In this document: one piece after another, positions 17,990 through 26,478 of the stretch
Numbering within the stretch: the stretch's first letter is position 1
How the letters are laid out: every line of letters starts with the position of its first letter
DNA from: an uncultured Solirubrobacterales bacterium
GTDB lineage: Bacteria > Actinomycetota > Thermoleophilia > Solirubrobacterales > 70-9
Reading direction: 5' to 3'
Assembly (NCBI GenBank): GCA_963819755.1
Contig: CAWFXB010000002.1
Location: forward strand, 1,620,112 to 1,684,111
Length of the DNA stretch: 64,000 nt
Translations under genes and position numbers: made by a program
Notes under the pieces: generated by a model
The model's input: only the letters and a program-made list of their open reading frames with translations
Database searches by the model: none
Told to the model about the DNA's origin: nothing

Positions 17990-19887
17990 GGAGCGACAAC
18001 TGGCGATTCGACTTCGCCGCTGATCGCCGGCGCATTCAGCGCTTGAGCCGTAACCACGAGTTTCATCGTGTGGGTCACGGCTTCCGGAGTGGGCGTGACC
18101 GTGACCACCGGTGCGGTGAAGTTCGCTCCGGACGGGAGCCGGCAGGTCACCTGGCCCCCCGACGGAGTGGTGCAGTCGATGTTCTGGCCGGCGATCTGGA
18201 TCGAGTCGAGCGTCGTTTTTTCCGGCAGGGTGAACGTCGCCGTCGGTTCGTCGAGCCCGCCGGTACTCGCTTGGACTTCCGCCGTGAACACTGCCGGTTC
18301 TCCTGCTTCCGGAGTCGGGGGAGAGGTGTATTTCGGCGTGAGGGTGATCGACGTGTTGATGAGCTCCGTGTCCAGCGCGTCGATTTCGTCCCGGGCGGTG
18401 AGCGTGGCGCCGCCTGCCAGGTAGGTCCCGAAGAAGCGGAAGTTGGCGGGACTGCTTTGGCCAGGGGCATCGGCGGGCATCGCGAAGGTGACCGTCTGCG
18501 TCGTCTGCTGCCCGCTCGCCAGGCCGCCCACCGGGCAGCTGGCCAGACCCTGGGAGAAGGGGCCGGGAGCAACTGAGACCGTGCATCCTGGGCTGCCCGA
18601 GATGAACGAGCTGCCTGCGGGCAGGGCCACGGTGGCCTGTCCCGCTGCCAGTGCACTGCTTGCCGGCACGGCATTGGGAGTGAAGAGGAGGCTGCTCGAC
18701 GGGACCGCTTCCGTGTTGGTCGCCACGGCGTTGACGCTTGCCGCTCCAGTGCCGAACGAGTAGCCGACGAAGGCCTCGTTTCCGCCGGCTTCGTTTCCGC
18801 CCGGGTAGTCAAAGCGGAAGCGACCGTCGGAGAAGAGCACCAGTTGGAAGTTCCTCAGAGGCAGGGTGCCGTTGCAGCACTGGCCGGTGTGCCACTGGAA
18901 GGCGACCGAGTTGCCGTCCGCGGCCACGACCTCTTTGACGCTGCCGCTACCGGTGGTCGGCTCGCCGATGTTGAGGTCGGCCCAATAGGGCATGATCCCC
19001 CGCGCGATGTTGCCGACTATCTCGTTCACTCCGCGATAGTCGGAGGACTGCTCGTCCCCCCAGTAGTCCCAGGCGGGGCTGCCGAAGCTGACCCAGCCGT
19101 TGGTCGAGACGCTGATCTTGCGCTCCTTGATCCCGCCGAACGGGAAGTCGAACGGCAGGTCCAGGGTCACCTGGCCATCGTCTTCGTCGGGAAGGGCGAG
19201 GTCGGTGGTGGTCCCCCCGGCCAGCGGCTGGGGGGCGATGTCCGAGCGGGCGTAGCCGGCCTGGCCGGGGATCGCGTTGCCGGAGGTAAGCGTTGCGGTG
19301 ACCGGATCGCCGGGTTTGGGCTCGTGTCCTTCGGCGTTCTCGACGAAGCCCCAGTCGAGGCCGTCGGTCATCGTGAACGCGGGCCTGGCGGGGCCGGGCA
19401 GGGGCGCTGGGGTCGGCAGGGGCGTGAGTTTGAACTGCTTGGACGCCCGACAGTTGTCCTTCTCCTTCGATTCACGCAAGCTCTTGCCGTCGTCCGCGCA
19501 GGCGATCAGCCGGTAGGTGCCCGGGACGGATTTCGCCGGCAAGAGCACTTTGAATTTGGCTTTGACTTTTTTGTGGGAGCGAAGCGCTTTGACCCTCGTG
19601 CGCTTCAAACGCAGATCTTTGTGCGTGAGTTTCTTGCCCTTGGCCAAGTAAAGCCCCACCTTGCTCTTGCGGGCTTTTGCCTGACCCTTGTTGCGCAACT
19701 TGACTGAAATGGTGATCTTGGACCCGACGACGACGCTGGCGGGCGGCTTCGAGACCTTGCCGACGACGAGGTCGGGCAGCAGCGGCCCTTTCCCGTGTTT
19801 CGCCTGCTTGGCGTTTGCAAGGGGGACCGCAGCGAGAAGCGCGATCAGCCCGAGCCCGACAGTGAGTGCAATCTTTGCGCGGATCAT
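17986..19887 (-). CDS. Large secreted protein with an N-terminal CARDB-like domain
   Basis: The signal peptide is MIRAKIALTVGLGLIALLAAVPLANA. It is followed by LPDLVVGKVSKPP...ITISVKLRNKGQAKA...YRLIACADD (CARDB pattern) and C-terminal beta-rich repeats. Confidence 0.65.
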   Translation of the reverse strand: MIRAKIALTVGLGLIALLAAVPLANAKQAKHGKGPLLPDLVVGKVSKPPASVVVGSKITISVKLRNKGQAKARKSKVGLYLAKGKKLTHKDLRLKRTRVKALRSHKKVKAKFKVLLPAKSVPGTYRLIACADDGKSLRESKEKDNCRASKQFKLTPLPTPAPLPGPARPAFTMTDGLDWGFVENAEGHEPKPGDPVTATLTSGNAIPGQAGYARSDIAPQPLAGGTTTDLALPDEDDGQVTLDLPFDFPFGGIKERKISVSTNGWVSFGSPAWDYWGDEQSSDYRGVNEIVGNIARGIMPYWADLNIGEPTTGSGSVKEVVAADGNSVAFQWHTGQCCNGTLPLRNFQLVLFSDGRFRFDYPGGNEAGGNEAFVGYSFGTGAASVNAVATNTEAVPSSSLLFTPNAVPASSALAAGQATVALPAGSSFISGSPGCTVSVAPGPFSQGLASCPVGGLASGQQTTQTVTFAMPADAPGQSSPANFRFFGTYLAGGATLTARDEIDALDTELINTSITLTPKYTSPPTPEAGEPAVFTAEVQASTGGLDEPTATFTLPEKTTLDSIQIAGQNIDCTTPSGGQVTCRLPSGANFTAPVVTVTPTPEAVTHTMKLVVTAQALNAPAISGEVESPVVAP

Positions 19888-19929
19888 TGCGCGAGCATAT
19901 TGCACCGATTCCCGCCAGGATGGGAATCG

Positions 19930-20151
19930 CTAGTCCAGCTTGGGGCTGCGCCAGGGCTGGGCCAGGCGTTTCGCCAGGTCATCGGCCAGGCCATCGATCG
20001 GGACCCGGGATTGCTCCAGCGAGTCGCGGTCGCGCAGGGTGACGGTGTCGTCTTCCATCGTCTGGTGGTCGACGGTGATTCCCCAGGGGGTGCCGATCTC
20101 GTCCTGGCGGCGGTAGCGCTTGCCGATCGAGCCGCCCTCATCGAACTCGGC
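19930..20151 (-). pseudogene. Orphan duplicate of the glyQS 3' end (last ~73 codons plus stop)
   Basis: This 222-nt ungapped match to 20737..20958 has 11 mismatches by hand alignment. It encodes [72 protein letters not shown]. Confidence 0.85.
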
Positions 20152-20400
20152 AGTTTCGCAGACCTGGCGAGGGTTTTTCGTTGCCCCTGGGGCGAACTTG
20201 CCCTGCTGCGCTCTTGGTAGCGGGTGGGAAAGCGAAAGGGTCGCCAGCGACATACACAGTTCATGGATGCAAGTTCAGAGAAGGTCGCCAGGATGGCTCG
20301 CGATCGATCCCTCCCGGTCGCGCTACGCCGCAAGGCGCAAGCAGAAGAGAAGGAGCGAAAGCTCCGTAACCGACAGAAACGCGAAAGCAATTGAACGAGC

Positions 20401-20733
20401 ATGAAGCCCTACACTCAAAACGTGTCGAAACGTCCTCGATACCGATGGCGGACCTGGCTCCGGGGGCATTTGCCCTGGGCCCTGGTGGATTTTTTTCCTC
20501 GGGGCGCAAAAGACTGCGGTGACCACGAGTGGTTTCGTTTCGATCACGACACCGACCTGTGCTACCACTGCGAAGTCGGGGAGCGAGAGCACCAGCACAC
20601 TCCCATCGACTGGAGCAGCGGCTTATGGCGGGAACTGACCCGCCTGGCCGACGAAGGCGACGAGGACTACCACCAACTCATCCGGCAGATGCGCCGCGAG
20701 GAAGCGGAAGCGCAGCGCCACATAACCATCTAG
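20401..20733 (+). CDS. Hypothetical 110-aa Cys/His-containing protein inside the glyQS-flanked insert
   Basis: The ATG ORF contains CGDHEW...CYHCEVGEREHQH followed by an acidic helical tail. Its stop lies 3 nt from the glyQS stop. I recognise no homolog. Confidence 0.45.
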   Translation: MKPYTQNVSKRPRYRWRTWLRGHLPWALVDFFPRGAKDCGDHEWFRFDHDTDLCYHCEVGEREHQHTPIDWSSGLWRELTRLADEGDEDYHQLIRQMRREEAEAQRHITI

Positions 20734-20736
20734 CGG

Positions 20737-20958
20737 TCAGCCGAGCTTCGGGCTGCGCCAGGGCTGGGCCAGGCGTTTCGCCAGGTCATCGGCAAGGCCC
20801 TCGATTGGGACCCGGGATTGCTCTAGCGAGTCGCGGTCGCGCAGGGTGACGGTGTCGTCTTCCATCGTCTGGTGGTCGACGGTGATTCCCCAGGGGGTGC
20901 CGATCTCGTCCTGGCGACGGTAGCGCTTGCCGATCGAGCCGCCCTCGTCGAACTCGGC
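20737..20958. repeat. Direct repeat partner (functional glyQS 3' end) of 19930..20151
   Basis: See the hand alignment: 222 nt with 11 mismatches. Confidence 0.9.
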
Positions 20959-22128
20959 GGGGACGCGGCGGCGCACCTCGTTGAAGATCTCGCGGGCCTT
21001 CTCCGGCATTCCCTCCTTGGAGACGAGCGGCAGGATCGCCACCTTGACCGGTGCCAGGCGGGGATGGAGGCGCAGCACGGTGCGCTCGCGTCCCTCGACC
21101 TCCTCGACCTCGTAGGAGTCGACGAGGAAGGCGAGCGTCGCGCGGTCGGCGCCGGCGGCCGGCTCGATCACGTGGGGGACGTAGCGCTCTTTGGTCTGTT
21201 GGTCGAAGTACTCGAGCTTCTCGCCGCTGAACTTGGCGTGCTGGGTGAGGTCGAAGTCGCCGCGGTTGGCGATCCCCTCCAGCTCCGACCAGCCGATCGG
21301 GAAGAGGTACTCGATGTCGCTGGTCGCCGAGGAGTAGTGCGAGAGCTCGTCGGCACCGTGGGCGCGCACCCGCAGCAGGTCGGGGCGGATGCCGAGGTCG
21401 GTGTACCAATGCTCGCGCTCCTCCATCCAGATCTTGTGCCACTTTTCGGCTTCGGCGGGGGGGACGAAGAACTCCATCTCCATCTGCTCGAACTCGCGGG
21501 TGCGGAAGATGAAGTTGCCGGGGGTGATCTCGTTGCGGAAGGACTTGCCGATCTGGGCGATTCCAAATGGCGGCTTCTTGCGGGCGAAGCCGAGCACGTT
21601 CTTGAAGTTGATGAAGATGCCCTGCGCGGTCTCCGGCCGCAGGTAGACCTCCGAGCCCTCGCCCGCCACCGGGCCGACGTGGGTCTCGAACATCAGGTTG
21701 AACTGGCGCGGCTCGGAGAGCTCGCCGCCGCACTCCGGGCAGCGCAGCTCCGCCTCGGGGTCGCCGCCTTCGGCCTCGACCGCCTCGCGCAGATGATCCT
21801 CGCGCCAGCGCCGCTTGCACTTGCCCAGGCACTGCACCAGGGGGTCGGTGAAGCCCTCCAGGTGGCCCGAGGCCTCCCAGACCCGCGGGTGCTGGAGGAT
21901 CGCCGAGTCGAGCGCGACGATGTCGTCGCGCTCCTGCAGCATCGCCCGCCACCACTCGGCCTTGACGTTGTTCTTCAGCAGCACGCCGTAATGGCCGTAG
22001 TCGTAGGTCGAGCCGAGTCCGCCGTAGATCTCCGAGGAGGGGAAGACGAAGCCGCGCCGCTTGCAGAGAGCGACGATCTCCTCCATCGAGGTCTCGGTGC
22101 TGCGCGTCTCCTGCCCGGCGCTTGCCAT
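20737..22128 (-). CDS. glyQS: Glycine--tRNA ligase (class II, homodimeric GlyQS type)
   Basis: The N-terminus has IVALCKRRGFVFPSSEIYGGLGSTYDYGHYG, class II motifs are present, and there is a C-terminal anticodon-binding domain. The start is set at MASAGQE (22128) because ATG 22167 would overlap the divergent gene start. Confidence 0.95.
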   Translation of the reverse strand: MASAGQETRSTETSMEEIVALCKRRGFVFPSSEIYGGLGSTYDYGHYGVLLKNNVKAEWWRAMLQERDDIVALDSAILQHPRVWEASGHLEGFTDPLVQCLGKCKRRWREDHLREAVEAEGGDPEAELRCPECGGELSEPRQFNLMFETHVGPVAGEGSEVYLRPETAQGIFINFKNVLGFARKKPPFGIAQIGKSFRNEITPGNFIFRTREFEQMEMEFFVPPAEAEKWHKIWMEEREHWYTDLGIRPDLLRVRAHGADELSHYSSATSDIEYLFPIGWSELEGIANRGDFDLTQHAKFSGEKLEYFDQQTKERYVPHVIEPAAGADRATLAFLVDSYEVEEVEGRERTVLRLHPRLAPVKVAILPLVSKEGMPEKAREIFNEVRRRVPAEFDEGGSIGKRYRRQDEIGTPWGITVDHQTMEDDTVTLRDRDSLEQSRVPIEGLADDLAKRLAQPWRSPKLG

Positions 22129-22165
22129 GGCTGAACCGTACCGGCTGCGATAATCGCCCACCGTC

Positions 22166-22468
22166 ATGCCGATCTACGAGTACAAATGCACCAACGGCCA
22201 CGTCTTCGACGTGATCCAGCGGATGAGCGATGAGGCGCTGACCGAGTGCCAGGAGTGCGGCGCTCCCGCCGAGCGCGTCCTGCACCCCGTCGCGATCCAC
22301 TTCAAGGGGTCGGGCTTCCACAACACCGACTACGGTAAGAAGAAGACCGGCGCCAACGGTGGCCCCTCCGAGGGGGGCAAGGACTCGGGCGACTCGAAGC
22401 CGAGTGAGAGCAAGCCCTCAGACTCCAAGTCAAGCGACTCGAAAACCACAGCCGCAACCGGCGACTGA
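22166..22468 (+). CDS. FmdB-family zinc-ribbon protein
   Basis: MPIYEYKCTNGHVFDVIQRMSDEALTECQECGAPAERV is the CxxC_CxxC_SSSS signature. The C-terminal tail is low-complexity and rich in Ser/Lys/Asp. Confidence 0.8.
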   Translation: MPIYEYKCTNGHVFDVIQRMSDEALTECQECGAPAERVLHPVAIHFKGSGFHNTDYGKKKTGANGGPSEGGKDSGDSKPSESKPSDSKSSDSKTTAATGD

Positions 22469-22471
22469 ACC

Positions 22472-22497
22472 ATTTGCCCCCCGAATCGGGGGCAAAT
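22472..22497. terminator. Hairpin between convergent genes (candidate bidirectional terminator)
   Basis: The arms atttgccccc and gggggcaaat form a 10-bp stem with a 6-nt loop, immediately after the FmdB stop and before the LCP stop. Confidence 0.5.
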
Positions 22498-22504
22498 CGA
22501 CCAC

Positions 22505-23734
22505 TCAGCCGAGCAACTTCTTGACGGCCCGGCGCCGCTCGCTGTCCGGCACTTCGATCGAGCCGCCTGGGCCCGGTTCGCAGCCGGAGTTGGCGCCGCT
22601 GCAGAGCACGTCGGCCTTGCTTTCGCCCCCGATCGCCGCTGAGAGGATCAACTGCGGCATCGTGAAGAAGCCCATGTCGCTGACGAAGGCTTTCGGCGCG
22701 TCCCAGCCGATGATCGGGCCGTGGATGAAGTTGTAGGGCGCGCGGAGGGGGTCGGTGAGGCGGTCCTTGATGCCGGCGATCACCGCCTGCTGGGCCTTCT
22801 CGCGGTCGAGGTCTTCGTAGCCGAACGTGTAGGCGCTCTTGCCGGGGCCGGGGCATTCGCTCGGCTCGCGGATGCGCGAGTAGATCAAGGCCTTTTCCCC
22901 ATCGAGGGTGTTCTCGCCCTTGCCCAAGCGCAGCGTGAAGCCACCCTGGCCGCCGCCGGCCCCGCCGGAGATGTTGGCGCAGATCTTCTGCGGCACGTCG
23001 ACCGTGACCCCACCGACCGCGTCGATCAGGTCTTCGAAGCCGGTGAAGTCGACGATCGCGACATGGTCGACTTCGATCCCGAGGAACTTTTCGACTGCTT
23101 CGATCTGCGCCTTGGCGCCGCCGAAGGCGTAGGCCGCATTGATCTTCTGCGGGCTCTGGCCGGGGATTTCGGCGTAGCTGTCGCGCGGGATCGAGAGTTT
23201 TCGGAAGGCTCCCCCGCCGGCGCGGATCAGCATCAGCGTGTCGGCGCGGAATTCGCCCTGCGAGCAGTTGCCATGCGGAGAGTCGCCGTGCGACTGCTGT
23301 TCGAAGCACTCCTGCGAGGGGGCCGCGCCCGGCTCCTTGGTGTCGGGCGGGCGGGCGTCGGTGCCGAGCACGAGGATCGTCTGCGCGCTGGGCAGCAGGA
23401 AGGGGTTGCCGTGCAGGGCGGACTTGGCTTCGCCGGAGAGCTTGAAGGCCTGCAGCTGGGCGGAGACCGCGAAGGCCAGGAAGCTGAGCAGGATCCAGCC
23501 AAGCGCCACCAGGCCGATCCATTTCAGCGCTCGGCGTAGGCCGGGTCGGGGTGGCCGTGGGCCGCGCTCGCGCCCGGGGCGGTCGGGCAGCTTCGGCATT
23601 TTCGGGGCGCGCCAGTCACGCTCGCGCAGGCCCGAGAGGTCGGGCTTGCGGAAGCGCGAGAAGAACCCCCGGCGGGCTCGGTAGACCTTGTAGTCGGGCG
23701 GCCCTTGCGGCCGCTGCTCGTCATCGTTGCCCAT
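22505..23734 (-). CDS. LytR-CpsA-Psr (LCP) family cell-envelope phosphotransferase
   Basis: There is one N-terminal TM helix, then TILVLGTDAR...DTLMLIR...LSIPRDSYAEIPG...KINAAYAFGG...VDHVAIVDFTGFEDLIDAVGGV. The upstream part of the 607-aa ORF is off-frame extension. Confidence 0.85.
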   Translation of the reverse strand: MGNDDEQRPQGPPDYKVYRARRGFFSRFRKPDLSGLRERDWRAPKMPKLPDRPGRERGPRPPRPGLRRALKWIGLVALGWILLSFLAFAVSAQLQAFKLSGEAKSALHGNPFLLPSAQTILVLGTDARPPDTKEPGAAPSQECFEQQSHGDSPHGNCSQGEFRADTLMLIRAGGGAFRKLSIPRDSYAEIPGQSPQKINAAYAFGGAKAQIEAVEKFLGIEVDHVAIVDFTGFEDLIDAVGGVTVDVPQKICANISGGAGGGQGGFTLRLGKGENTLDGEKALIYSRIREPSECPGPGKSAYTFGYEDLDREKAQQAVIAGIKDRLTDPLRAPYNFIHGPIIGWDAPKAFVSDMGFFTMPQLILSAAIGGESKADVLCSGANSGCEPGPGGSIEVPDSERRRAVKKLLG

Positions 23735-23794
23735 GAAAGACTCCGGAATCATGCCGATGACCGCGGTCGCCCGCGCCAAGAGTTGCGAAAAGAG

Positions 23795-24760
23795 ATGAGC
23801 CAGCCTGAAGCGATAGGCGTCGATCTGGGCGGCACGAAGATGCTGCTCGGCGTCCTCGACGGCGACTCGAGGACCGTCTGGGAGAGCCGCGAGCGCTCCG
23901 CCGGCGAGGGCGAGGAGGAGCTGGTCGAGCTGCTCGTCCGCGAGATCTCCGAGGCGCAGGCGCAACGGTCCGGAATCGAAGCGGTCGGGATGGGAATCCC
24001 GGCGACGATCGACCACGAGAAGGGCCTCGCGGTCGCGGCGGTCAACCTGCCGATCGAGAACCTGCCGATCCGCGATCTGGTCGTCGAGCGGACGGGCCTG
24101 CCCACCTTCGTCGACAACGACGCCAACGTCGCCGCCCTCGCCGAGCATCTCTTCGGCGCGGCGCGCGGGGCCGAGAACGCGGTGATGTTGACGATCGGCA
24201 CGGGAATCGGCGGTGGCCTCATCCTCGGCGGCGAGATCTATCGCGGCTCGACCGGCGCCGGCGCCGAGCTCGGCCACGTGGCGATCCAGCTCGACGGCCC
24301 GGCCTGCCAGGGCAACTGTCCTGGCCACGGCTGCGTCGAGACCCTCGCCTCCGGTACCGCGCTGGGCCGCGAAGGCCGCGCCGCCGCGGAAAGCAACCCC
24401 GACTCCGCCCTCGGCAAGCTGCTCGCCGAGGGCAGCGAGATCGACGGCAAGGTGGTCACCGTCGCGGCCCAGGAAGGAGACGAGACGGCGATCGGCGTCT
24501 TCGACCTCATCGGCAGCCGCCTCGGCGTCGCCCTCGCCAGCTTCGCCAACATCTTCGAGCCGGAAGTGATCGTCATCGGCGGCGGCGTGATCGCCGCCGG
24601 GGAGCTGCTGCTCGCGCCCGCCCGCCGCGAGCTCGAAGCGCGGGCTCTGCGGCCGATGAACCGCACCCCGGTCGTCCCCGCCGAGCTGGGCGAAGACGCG
24701 GGGATGATCGGCGCCGCCGCGATGGCGCGAATCGAATTGGAAGCGGAGCAGGAAGGCTGA
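23795..24760 (+). CDS. ROK-family sugar kinase (glucokinase-like)
   Basis: The motifs IGVDLGGTK, DNDANVAALAE, GTGIGGGLI and the Zn motif GHVAIQLDGPACQGNCPGHGCVE are present. The start is set at MSQPEA. Confidence 0.85.
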   Translation: MSQPEAIGVDLGGTKMLLGVLDGDSRTVWESRERSAGEGEEELVELLVREISEAQAQRSGIEAVGMGIPATIDHEKGLAVAAVNLPIENLPIRDLVVERTGLPTFVDNDANVAALAEHLFGAARGAENAVMLTIGTGIGGGLILGGEIYRGSTGAGAELGHVAIQLDGPACQGNCPGHGCVETLASGTALGREGRAAAESNPDSALGKLLAEGSEIDGKVVTVAAQEGDETAIGVFDLIGSRLGVALASFANIFEPEVIVIGGGVIAAGELLLAPARRELEARALRPMNRTPVVPAELGEDAGMIGAAAMARIELEAEQEG

Positions 24761-25587
24761 TGCCGGGGTCGCTGATCGTCTGCCCGACGCCGATCGGCAA
24801 CCTCGACGACATCACGATCCGCGTGCGCGACGCGCTGGTCGCCGCCGACTACATCGCCTGCGAGGACACGCGTCGCACCGGCGGCCTGCTCGACAAGCTC
24901 GGCATCCGGCCGGCGCCGCAGCTGATCTCGATCCACGAGGGCAACGAAGCGCCGCGCGCGATCGAGCTGGCGCAGCGGATCGAACGCGGTGAGATCGTCG
25001 CCCTCGTCTCCGACGCCGGCATGCCGGCGATCTCAGACCCCGGCTTCCGCCTGATCCGCCGCTGCATCGAACGCAACCTCGAGGTGACCGTGCTGCCGGG
25101 CCCCTCGGTGGTGCCGGTGGCCCTGGTCGCCTCCGGGCTGCCCACCGACCGCTGGCGCTTCGAGGGCTTCCTGCCGAAGCGCTCCGGTGAGATGGAGCGG
25201 GTCCTGCGCTCGACCGAGACGGTCATCGCCTTCGAGTCGCCGCGCCGGGTGGGCGATTCGCTTGCCGCCCTGGCCGCGATCGCCCCCGACCGCCCGGCCG
25301 CGGTCTGCCGCGAGCTGACCAAGATGCACGAGGAGGTCTCGCGCAGCACGCTGGCCGAGCTGGCGCGTCGCTTCCGCGGCGACGTCAAGGGCGAGATCGT
25401 GTTGGTGATCGCGCCCGCATCCGCCGACGACCACGACAAAGACGTCGGCTTCGCCGTCGATGCGCTGCGCCATCTGGTCCAGTCAGGCGCCCGCCCGCGC
25501 GCCGCCGCCAGCGTCGTCGCCGCCCTGACCGGCACCCGCGCCAACGACCTCTACCGGGCGCTGACCGGCCGCGAGCCACGCAAGTAA
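24760..25587 (+). CDS. rsmI: 16S rRNA (cytidine1402-2'-O)-methyltransferase
   Basis: The N-terminal block LIVCPTPIGNLDDITIRVRDALVAADYIACEDTRRTGGLL is present, and the start overlaps the upstream stop as ATGA. Confidence 0.9.
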   Translation: MPGSLIVCPTPIGNLDDITIRVRDALVAADYIACEDTRRTGGLLDKLGIRPAPQLISIHEGNEAPRAIELAQRIERGEIVALVSDAGMPAISDPGFRLIRRCIERNLEVTVLPGPSVVPVALVASGLPTDRWRFEGFLPKRSGEMERVLRSTETVIAFESPRRVGDSLAALAAIAPDRPAAVCRELTKMHEEVSRSTLAELARRFRGDVKGEIVLVIAPASADDHDKDVGFAVDALRHLVQSGARPRAAASVVAALTGTRANDLYRALTGREPRK

Positions 25588-25760
25588 CGCAACTCGGCGC
25601 CCGCTGCCCGTCTCGGAGGCTTCACGGCTATGTTACAAAAATGTCTGACAAATACACTAAATTATGCAACGAACTCACGCCGGGCCACAGTCAATGGGTA
25701 GCCCGACGTGAGTCGTCAAACAATCGTGGCGCGCAATGCGCCAGACAAAGGAGAGAGTAA

Positions 25761-26384
25761 ATGAAGCACGCGAAGCTGTTTGGTCTTTGCCTTCTCGGCG
25801 TAGTGGCCGCGATGGCAGTGATGGGAGTGGGTACTGCATCGGCTACGAAGCTGTGCTCGGAAAACAAAACCCCGTGCCCGGCTGGGTCGACGGTCAAAAC
25901 CGGCTCGGCGATCAAAGCCCAACTGGTCGCTGGGACCAAATCTGTCTTCACGACCTCGCTGCTCGTCGTCGAATGCTCAGAATCGACGATAGAAGGCAAA
26001 ACGACGAACGAAGGCGGCAGCGGCGCTGCAGTTCCGGTCAAAGGGGAAATTACGTCAGTCGTCTGGAAAAGCTGCAAAGCGGGCGGTGGATCCTGCACCG
26101 CGGCGGCACTGGGCCTTCCGTGGACCTCTGAAGTGACCGGCAGCGAAGGTAATGGGACGATGACCGTGCTGAAATCGGGCGGGAAATTCACCTGCACGGT
26201 CACCTGCGAATACGAAGCCGCCTCGCTGGCGACCTCTGCGACCGGCGGAAACCCGGCCGTGATCAAAGCGAACAAAGCCAGCCTCAAAAAGAAAGGTGGC
26301 AGCTTCCTCTGCCCCTCGACGGCAACGTGGACCTCTGAATACGAAGTCACCACGCCGAAACCGCTGTTCGTCGTGAGCGAATAG
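25761..26384 (+). CDS. Secreted Cys-rich hypothetical protein
   Basis: The RBS is aaaggagag and the signal peptide is MKHAKLFGLCLLGVVAAMAVMGVGTASA. The mature part is beta-rich with about 10 Cys. The gene and its upstream region are visibly more A/T-rich than the neighbours. Confidence 0.6.
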   Translation: MKHAKLFGLCLLGVVAAMAVMGVGTASATKLCSENKTPCPAGSTVKTGSAIKAQLVAGTKSVFTTSLLVVECSESTIEGKTTNEGGSGAAVPVKGEITSVVWKSCKAGGGSCTAAALGLPWTSEVTGSEGNGTMTVLKSGGKFTCTVTCEYEAASLATSATGGNPAVIKANKASLKKKGGSFLCPSTATWTSEYEVTTPKPLFVVSE

Positions 26385-26411
26385 AAGGATGGATCGGCTG
26401 GGCTGATCGGG

Positions 26412-26443
26412 ACCGGGCGGCTGCCTTGCAGCCGCCCGGTTTG
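26412..26443 (+). terminator. Intrinsic terminator-like hairpin after the secreted-protein gene
   Basis: The sequence accgggcggctgc-ctt-gcagccgcccggt forms a 13-bp stem and is followed by ttg. Confidence 0.6.
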
Positions 26444-26478
26444 CGACATGGCGCACGTTGCTAGCGTGCCGGTCCAGG

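Noticed and set aside
20171-20196. A possible third copy of the gggtttttcgcc...ggggcgaaaaa repeat at the edge of the glyQS duplication.
   Set aside because: Only 10 + 8 nt match and the central part is missing. This could be chance, so it is mentioned under the repeat finding but not annotated as a feature.
19930-20253. The 107-aa minus-strand ORF treated as an independent gene.
   Set aside because: Its C-terminal 73 residues are the duplicated GlyRS tail, and its N-terminal 34 residues are unrelated read-in. It is interpreted as a gene fragment (pseudogene) rather than a functional protein.
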